From assembly GCA_043779265.1 (NCBI GenBank), contig JAYWEM010000147.1, positions 1-17,953 on the forward strand: a stretch of 17,953 nt of DNA, read 5' to 3'. Below are positions 1 through 5,359 of the stretch, one piece after another (the stretch's first letter is position 1; each line of letters opens with the position of its first letter). Position numbers and translations under genes: made by a program. The notes beneath the pieces are model-generated. The model searched no databases. It had not been told where the DNA came from and saw only the letters and a list, made by a program, of their open reading frames with translations. This DNA is from a bacterium. GTDB taxonomy: Bacteria > Eisenbacteria > RBG-16-71-46.

Positions 1-1
1 G

Positions 2-277
2 CTCCCTCAGTCGCAGCGACGAGGAGATCGCCTCGATGGCATCCCAGAACGCCTGCGCTTCCGTTTCGCGCGCGGCGCGGCGAAGCGCGCTCGAGGCGAC
101 CTGGCCGCTCAGCCGGGCGCTCAGCAGGCGCACCATCTCGCCGGCATGGTTGCGGCGCTGGCTGCGTGTGGAGCGATGGGCGGCACGGGTGAGGAGCAAC
201 GCCAACCCGATGGCGGATCCGAGCGACAGCACGGCCAGCATCGTGGCGATGATCCCAGGCGGCAGGGAGTCGATCAT
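2..277 (-). CDS. Partial (runs off left edge) membrane-anchored hypothetical protein, possibly a helical/HEAT-repeat protein
   Basis: Not in the ORF track; translated by hand from ATG at 277: MIDSLPPGIIATMLAVLSLGSAIGLALLLTRAAHRSTRSQRRNHAGEMVRLLSARLSGQVASSALRRAARETEAQAFWDAIEAISSSLRLRE..., open to the edge. Hydrophobic N-terminal helix followed by a basic patch; sigma28-like promoter directly upstream. The HEAT-repeat call is a guess. Confidence 0.7.
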   Translation of the reverse strand, partial: MIDSLPPGIIATMLAVLSLGSAIGLALLLTRAAHRSTRSQRRNHAGEMVRLLSARLSGQVASSALRRAARETEAQAFWDAIEAISSSLRLRE

Positions 278-287
278 GGTCCCACAA

Positions 288-314
288 GCATCGGCTCGGA
301 TGTCGATTCCTTGA
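288..314 (-). promoter_or_regulatory. Putative sigma28 (FliA/SigD/WhiG-type) promoter for the left-edge gene
   Basis: Minus strand reads TCAAG (314-310)-N14-GCCGATGC (295-288), versus consensus T(A/C)AAG-N14-GCCGATAA; ends 10 nt before the ATG at 277. Confidence 0.6.
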
Positions 315-364
315 GCCTCGACCGCGATTCCCCGGCCGAGCTAAATGGCGGAAAGCATGGGACA

Positions 365-380
365 TGGCGTGCAACTCGCA
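365..380 (+). promoter_or_regulatory. Possible sigma54 -24/-12 element
   Basis: TGGCGTGCAACTCGCA has GG-N10-GC spacing and partly matches TGGCACG-N4-TTGCW; faces the 531-5356 operon. Several mismatches. Confidence 0.3.
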
Positions 381-437
381 ATGGGCCCACCCCGGGCTCA
401 CGCGAACCGCACGGAAGGCCGATGGAGGGGAGTAGGT

Positions 438-474
438 GCGGGGCGCGACCGTTGACGCGGTCGGAGCGCCCCGC
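438..474. repeat. Inverted repeat (9+5 bp arms, 3-nt bulge) with TTGACG as the loop
   Basis: GCGGGGCGC-GACCG (438-451), loop TTGACG (452-457), CGGTC-GGA-GCGCCCCGC (458-474). Confidence 0.75.
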
Positions 475-481
475 GTAGCAT
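452..481 (+). promoter_or_regulatory. Putative sigma70 promoter of the prolyl/pyrrolyl operon
   Basis: TTGACG (452-457)-N18-TAGCAT (476-481), about 50 nt upstream of the TTG start at 531, which has AGGAG at 519-523. Confidence 0.6.
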
Positions 482-530
482 TTCAGGCCCTGCTCAGCCC
501 TCTCCCCCGAGCCGCGTCAGGAGTCAGTCG

Positions 531-1403
531 TTGGTCTCCCCAGGCACCGCCACGCCCGGTCCCACGCGCGCCGCAGCACCCGAGACGCCCTTCTTCTTCG
601 AGTCGGACGACCGGCCCTGCTACGCCGTCTCGCACGCTGCCGCCCAGTCGCGCAAAGGCGCGCCGGTGCTCGTGCACGTGCACAGTCTCGGCATCGAGCA
701 GCTGACGCTCTATCGCCAGGAGGTTCTGGTCGCACGCGCCTCGGCGGCGCGAGGCATCCCCGCGCTGCGCTATCACTCGCGTGGCCACGGCGATTCGGCG
801 GGCGACTTCGCGGCTGTCTCGCTCGCGCGGCTGGTGACCGATGCGCGCCATGCGGCCGATGAGGCCAAGCGCCGCTCGGGTGCGACGCGCGTCGCGTGGC
901 TCGGCGTGCGCTTCGGGGCACTGGTGGCCGCTCTCGCCGCGCGCGAGCGCACCGACACCGCCGGGTTCGCGCTGTGGGAGCCGGTGCTCAAGCCGGCCGA
1001 TCACTTCCGGGCGCAGTTGCGATTCCTGCTCTTCTCGCGCATCGCGGGCGGCGTGCGGCCCGAGGCGACCGCCGATCAGTTGCTGGCGCAGGCGAGGGCG
1101 GGTGGCGAAGTGGATGTGAACGGCTACCTGTTGCATCGCGAGATCCTCGAGAGCTCCGATGGCGCCTCGCTCGCCGATGCGCTGGCGGGAACGCGTGTGC
1201 CGGTGCTGCTGGCGCAGGTGCAACAGCGCGCCAAGTTGTCGCCCGGGTTCGAGGCGCTGTGCACAGCGCTGCGCGCGGGTGGCGCGGCGGTGAGCACGGC
1301 GCTGATCCACGAGGAGCCCGGCTACCAGAACATCGCGAATCCCGCGTGGGAGTCGCCGCCTCTGACGCGAGCGATCCTGGAGTGGCTCGATGCCCTGGCG
1401 TGA
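531..1403 (+). CDS. Alpha/beta-hydrolase-fold protein, probably non-catalytic; similar to exosortase A-associated hydrolase 2 (TIGR03101-like)
   Basis: RYHSRGHGDSAGD motif of the Hydrolase_4-like fold; nucleophile elbow is W-L-G-V-R-F-G (Arg127 in place of Ser); LWEPV strand; no obvious C-terminal catalytic His motif. TTG start with AGGAG RBS. Confidence 0.8.
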   Translation: MVSPGTATPGPTRAAAPETPFFFESDDRPCYAVSHAAAQSRKGAPVLVHVHSLGIEQLTLYRQEVLVARASAARGIPALRYHSRGHGDSAGDFAAVSLARLVTDARHAADEAKRRSGATRVAWLGVRFGALVAALAARERTDTAGFALWEPVLKPADHFRAQLRFLLFSRIAGGVRPEATADQLLAQARAGGEVDVNGYLLHREILESSDGASLADALAGTRVPVLLAQVQQRAKLSPGFEALCTALRAGGAAVSTALIHEEPGYQNIANPAWESPPLTRAILEWLDALA

Positions 1404-2346
1404 GACCCCGGAACAGCTCGCGCGCGCCCGCGCCGAGGTGCCCGTCACGATCGTGACGCCGCTCGGCACGCTGTTCGGCATCTACACGCCGGCCGATCCC
1501 ACCGCGGTAGCCGCGGGTCGCTGCGCCGTGCTGTTCACGCGGCCGCGCTCGCATCGCAATCGCATGTGGGTCGAAGGGGCGAGGCGTCTGTCGCTGCAGG
1601 GTTTCTCGGCCTTCCGCTTCGACTATCACGGCTGTGGCGACAGCGAGGGCGAGAGCCACTTCAACGACCCCAACACCCCCAACCAGGCTGACGGCATCGC
1701 CGTGCTGGTGCACTTGAACGAGCACTTCGGCGAGCAGCGTTTCCTGGTGGCGGGGGCCTGCTTCGACGCTCGCACCGCGCTGAGCATGTTCGCGGGCGCC
1801 GGCGACGTCGTGGACGGCATGGTGTTCTACGCGGCGCCGGTGATGGAACTGGAGACGCTGGTCAAGGCGCACGCCGACCACAAGGATTGGCGCCACATGG
1901 CGCGCGCGCTCGGCAATGCGGAGAACTGGAAGCAGCTGGGCGATCCGGCGAGGTGGCGCTACATGGCCACGGTGCTCGGGCGTGTCGCCCGCCGCTCGAT
2001 GCCGGCCACCGCCGCCTCGACCGAGCCCGCCAACGACACGCCATTGGCCGACAGCTTCGTGAGCCACTTCCGCGCCCTGGTCGCATCGAAGTCACGGGCG
2101 CTCTTCATCTATGGTGAGGCCGATGTCGAGTTGATCTCATTCCGCGTCGCGCTCGACACGGTGTTCCAGCGGCTGAGCCCCGAGGAGCGCTCGCGCATCG
2201 AGTTCGAGTTGTGGCCGGGCGACGTGCATGGATTCCTGAACCTGCCGATGCAGCGCCGCTCGCTCGAGCGCGCCATGGACTGGTTCCAGCAGTTCCACTC
2301 CGCGGCCACGGCCGCCACGGTCGGCAGCAACGGCCGCAAGGGATGA
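1390..2346 (+). CDS. Alpha/beta-hydrolase-fold protein with Cys nucleophile (putative acyltransferase/thioesterase); similar to exosortase A-associated hydrolase 1 (TIGR03100-like)
   Basis: SHRNR motif, RFDYHGCGDSEGE, elbow G-A-C-F-D-A (Cys124, nt 1759-1761), candidate Asp in YGEAD and His in GDVHGF. Overlaps the previous gene by 14 nt; GGAG RBS at 1379-1382. Confidence 0.8.
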   Translation: MPWRETPEQLARARAEVPVTIVTPLGTLFGIYTPADPTAVAAGRCAVLFTRPRSHRNRMWVEGARRLSLQGFSAFRFDYHGCGDSEGESHFNDPNTPNQADGIAVLVHLNEHFGEQRFLVAGACFDARTALSMFAGAGDVVDGMVFYAAPVMELETLVKAHADHKDWRHMARALGNAENWKQLGDPARWRYMATVLGRVARRSMPATAASTEPANDTPLADSFVSHFRALVASKSRALFIYGEADVELISFRVALDTVFQRLSPEERSRIEFELWPGDVHGFLNLPMQRRSLERAMDWFQQFHSAATAATVGSNGRKG

Positions 2347-2356
2347 GGGGCATCGC

Positions 2357-3505
2357 GTGGATTTCGAGCTGAGCGCCGAACAGGTCGAGCTGCGAGACGC
2401 CACGCGTGCTTTCGCGCGCGAGGCCCTGAACGACGGGCTCGAGCAGCGCGATCACGAGGGCACGTTCCCTCGCGACTGCTGGAAGAAGTGCGCCGACTTC
2501 GGGCTGCTCGGGCTGCCGGTGCCGGCCGAGTACGGCGGCCAGGGGCAGGACCTGATCACCACCACCATCGCCATGGAGGCGCTGGGTTGGGGTTGCCGCG
2601 ACAACGGCCTGGTGTTCAGCCTGAACGCGCAGATGTGGGCGGTGCAGATGCCGATCGTCCACTACGGCACCGAGGAGCAGAAGCGCGAGTGGCTGCCTCG
2701 CCTCGTCTCGGGCGAGGCCATCGGCGCGCACGCGATCACCGAGCCCGATGCCGGCAGCGACGTGATGGCGCTGGGCACGCGCGCCGAACGAGTGGACGGT
2801 GGCTACCGCCTGAACGGTCAGAAGACGTTCTCGACCAACGCGCCGATCGCCGATCTGGCGCTGGCGTTCGCGTATGTGGAGCGCGGCGAGGGCAAGTCGC
2901 GGGCGCTGACGGCGTTCCTGGTGCCGAAGAGCGCCAAGGGCGTCACGTTCGGCAAGCCGATTCCCAAGATGGGACTGCGCACCTCGCCCATGGGCGAAGT
3001 GGTGTTCGAGGACTGCGTCGTGCCCGAGTCGGCGAGGCTCGGCCCCGAGGGCGCGGGCATGCGCATCTTCAACAGCGCGATGGAGTGGGAGCGCGCCTGC
3101 ATCTTCGCCGGGCACCTGGGCGCCATGGAGCGCCTGCTCGAGGACTGCATCTCGTACGCCAAGAAGCGGCGGCAGTTCGGCCAGCCGATCGCCAAGTTCG
3201 AGGGCGTCGCCGGCAAGATCGCCGACATGAAGGTGGCCATCGAGGCGGGGAGATTCCTGCTGTATCGAGTCGGCTGGCTGACCGGAAAGGGCAAGAGCGC
3301 CGTGCTCGAGTCGGCGATCGCCAAGCTGTTCGTGAGCGAGATGCACAGCCGCGCCGCGCTCGATGCGCTGCAGCTGCACGGCGGCTACGGCTACATGAAG
3401 GAGTACCCGATCGAGCGCGAGGTGCGTGACGCCCTCTCGGGCACGCTCTACTCGGGCACCTCCGAGATCCAGCGCCGCATCATCGCGCGCTGTCTGGGGC
3501 TCTAG
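2357..3505 (+). CDS. L-prolyl-[PCP] dehydrogenase (acyl-CoA dehydrogenase family; AnaB/PltE/RedW-like)
   Basis: ACAD motifs ITEPDAGSD, LNGQKTF, KMGLR, RQFGQPI, LHGGYGY. Subfamily features recalled from AnaB/PltE: GCRDNGLVFSLNA, FNSAMEWER (Glu245, IVD-type catalytic base position), YSGTSEIQR..LGL end. Adjacent to an A domain and carrier protein. Confidence 0.88.
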   Translation: MDFELSAEQVELRDATRAFAREALNDGLEQRDHEGTFPRDCWKKCADFGLLGLPVPAEYGGQGQDLITTTIAMEALGWGCRDNGLVFSLNAQMWAVQMPIVHYGTEEQKREWLPRLVSGEAIGAHAITEPDAGSDVMALGTRAERVDGGYRLNGQKTFSTNAPIADLALAFAYVERGEGKSRALTAFLVPKSAKGVTFGKPIPKMGLRTSPMGEVVFEDCVVPESARLGPEGAGMRIFNSAMEWERACIFAGHLGAMERLLEDCISYAKKRRQFGQPIAKFEGVAGKIADMKVAIEAGRFLLYRVGWLTGKGKSAVLESAIAKLFVSEMHSRAALDALQLHGGYGYMKEYPIEREVRDALSGTLYSGTSEIQRRIIARCLGL

Positions 3506-3506
3506 G

Positions 3507-5084
3507 GTGAGCGACGTGCTGCTGCCGCACCTGGTGACGCGCGCCGCGCAACGGCGGCCGCAGGCCGCCAGCGTGGTGATGGACGGCCGCACGCTCGATT
3601 ACGGCGCGCTCGAAGCGGCCTCCAACCAGTTCGCCCGCTCTCTGGTGGCGCACGGCGTGCGCCGAGGCGATCGTGTCGGCCTGTGGTTGCCCAAGTCGCC
3701 CGAGGCGATCGTCGCGCTCTACGGCATCATGAAGGCGGGCGCGGCGCACGTGCCGGTGGACCCGCAGGCGCCGCCGGCTCGGCTCGCCTACATCGCGCGC
3801 GACTGCCAGATTGCGGGGCTCGTCACGGTGTCGGATCGCGCAGCGGCGCTGGACGAGGCGTTCGGCACGCAGGCCCCGATGCGCGCGTTGTGGTTCGCCG
3901 ACCTCGGCGCGGATGCCAGCGCCCCTCGCGTCGCGGCGCTGCCCGGCGTGCCGTGGAGCGCGCTGGCCGGCGAGTCGGCCGATGCGTTCGCCTGCCCGTC
4001 GCTGGCCGACGACCTCGCCTACATCCTCTACACCTCCGGTTCGACCGGTGAGCCCAAGGGCGTGATGGTGTCGCATCGCAACGCGCGAGCGTTCACCGAC
4101 TGGGCGGCGGAGCAGTTCGCGTTGACGCACGAGGATCGCGTCGCCAACCACGCGCCGTTCCACTTCGATCTCTCGACCTTCGATCTCTACTCGAGCGCCT
4201 ACGCGGGTGCCTCGGTCCACCCGGTGTCGCCGCGCATCTTCTCGTTCCCGGCCGCGGTGGCGAAGCAATGGGCGAACGATCGGTTGAGCGTCTGGTACTG
4301 CACCCCGAGCTCGTTGATCCTGATGCTCACTCGAGGCGGCATCGACAAGCTGGATCTCTCGGCGCTCCGGGTGCTGCTGTTCGCGGGCGAGGTGTTCCCC
4401 AACAAGTACCTGCGCCAGATGATGGCGCTGGCGCCGCACGCCCGCTTCGCCAACCTCTACGGCCCCACCGAGACCAACGTGTGCACCTGGCACGAGGTGA
4501 GCGCTGCGCCCGCCGACGAGACGCCGCTGCCGATCGGCCGCGCCTGTCCCTATGACGAAGCGCTCGTGCTCGACGAAGCGCTCGCGCCCGTTCCCGAGGG
4601 CGGCGTCGGCGAGTTGTGGATCCGCGGCGCGACCGTGATGCAGGGCTACTGGGGCCGACCCGAGCGCACCGCACTCTCGCTGCAGACCATCGATGTGGCT
4701 CCCGGCCTCTCCGACCGCGCGTATCGCACCGGCGATCTGGTCCGGATGCGTCCGGACGGCGACCTGGAGTTCCTCGGCCGGCGCGACCATCAGGTGAAGA
4801 CGCGCGGCTATCGCGTGGAGTTGGGCGAGATCGAGACGCGGCTCGCCTCGCATCCGGCCGTGGATGAGGCCGTTGTCGTGGCCATCCCCGATGACGAGAT
4901 CACCAATCGGCTCAAGGCCGCTGTCGTGCTGGCGGCTGATGGGGCGGTGACCGCGGACGAGCTCAAGCAGCACTGTGCGGCGATGCTGCCGCGGTATATG
5001 GTTCCCGAGACCATCGAGTTCCACGCGCATCTCCCGCGCACGAGCAGCGGCAAAGTCGACCGCCGCGCCCTCACCGACGCCTGA
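3507..5084 (+). CDS. Stand-alone amino acid adenylation enzyme, L-proline--[PCP] ligase (AnaC/PltF/RedM-like)
   Basis: Core motifs LAYILYTSGSTGEPKG, FDLS, NLYGPTE, GELWIRG, YRTGD, GRRDHQVKTRGYRVELGEIE, LPRYMVP, SGKVDR. No C or T domain. Pocket read manually against GrsA gives DLFYLALVCK. Start reassigned to GTG at 3507, 1 nt after the upstream stop. Confidence 0.88.
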   Translation: MSDVLLPHLVTRAAQRRPQAASVVMDGRTLDYGALEAASNQFARSLVAHGVRRGDRVGLWLPKSPEAIVALYGIMKAGAAHVPVDPQAPPARLAYIARDCQIAGLVTVSDRAAALDEAFGTQAPMRALWFADLGADASAPRVAALPGVPWSALAGESADAFACPSLADDLAYILYTSGSTGEPKGVMVSHRNARAFTDWAAEQFALTHEDRVANHAPFHFDLSTFDLYSSAYAGASVHPVSPRIFSFPAAVAKQWANDRLSVWYCTPSSLILMLTRGGIDKLDLSALRVLLFAGEVFPNKYLRQMMALAPHARFANLYGPTETNVCTWHEVSAAPADETPLPIGRACPYDEALVLDEALAPVPEGGVGELWIRGATVMQGYWGRPERTALSLQTIDVAPGLSDRAYRTGDLVRMRPDGDLEFLGRRDHQVKTRGYRVELGEIETRLASHPAVDEAVVVAIPDDEITNRLKAAVVLAADGAVTADELKQHCAAMLPRYMVPETIEFHAHLPRTSSGKVDRRALTDA

Positions 5085-5101
5085 AGAGGCAAGAGAGAGT
5101 C

Positions 5102-5356
5102 ATGAGCCTGACCGCCACCGAGACCACCATCCGTCAGTTCCTCGTCGAGGACGTCTTCTACGATCAGGATCTCAACGGCTTGGGTGTCGAGGACTCGCTG
5201 CTCGCCAAGGGCCTGCTCGATTCGCTCTCGATCTTGAAGACAGTGACGTTCGTCGAGGAGAGCTTCGGCGTGACGATCCCCGACGAGGATGTGCTGCCCG
5301 ACCACTTCGAGAGCGTGCGGGCGATCGCGGCGCTGGTGGAGAAGCATCGCGCGTAG
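5102..5356 (+). CDS. Free-standing peptidyl/acyl carrier protein (AnaD/PltL/RedO-like)
   Basis: 84 aa, acidic; GLLDSL phosphopantetheine site (Ser41); FVEESFGVTIPDEDVLPDHFESV..IA typical of type II PCPs; purine-rich RBS upstream. Confidence 0.92.
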   Translation: MSLTATETTIRQFLVEDVFYDQDLNGLGVEDSLLAKGLLDSLSILKTVTFVEESFGVTIPDEDVLPDHFESVRAIAALVEKHRA

Positions 5357-5359
5357 CGT

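Noticed and set aside
36..478. Plus-strand ORFs 36-314 and 146-478
   Set aside because: No recognisable features; the minus-strand frame from 277 has a TM helix and a promoter, and 278-530 reads as a divergent promoter region.
2105..5030. Long minus-strand ORFs 2105-3592 and 3480-5030
   Set aside because: Antisense shadows of the dehydrogenase and adenylation genes.
3507..5356. DltA/DltC D-alanylation system
   Set aside because: No DltB/MBOAT or DltD; pocket code and adjacent prolyl-PCP dehydrogenase indicate proline.
2357..5356. Anatoxin, pyoluteorin or prodigiosin cluster
   Set aside because: Only the starter trio is present; no PKS, halogenase or condensing enzymes, and the operon is closed on both sides.
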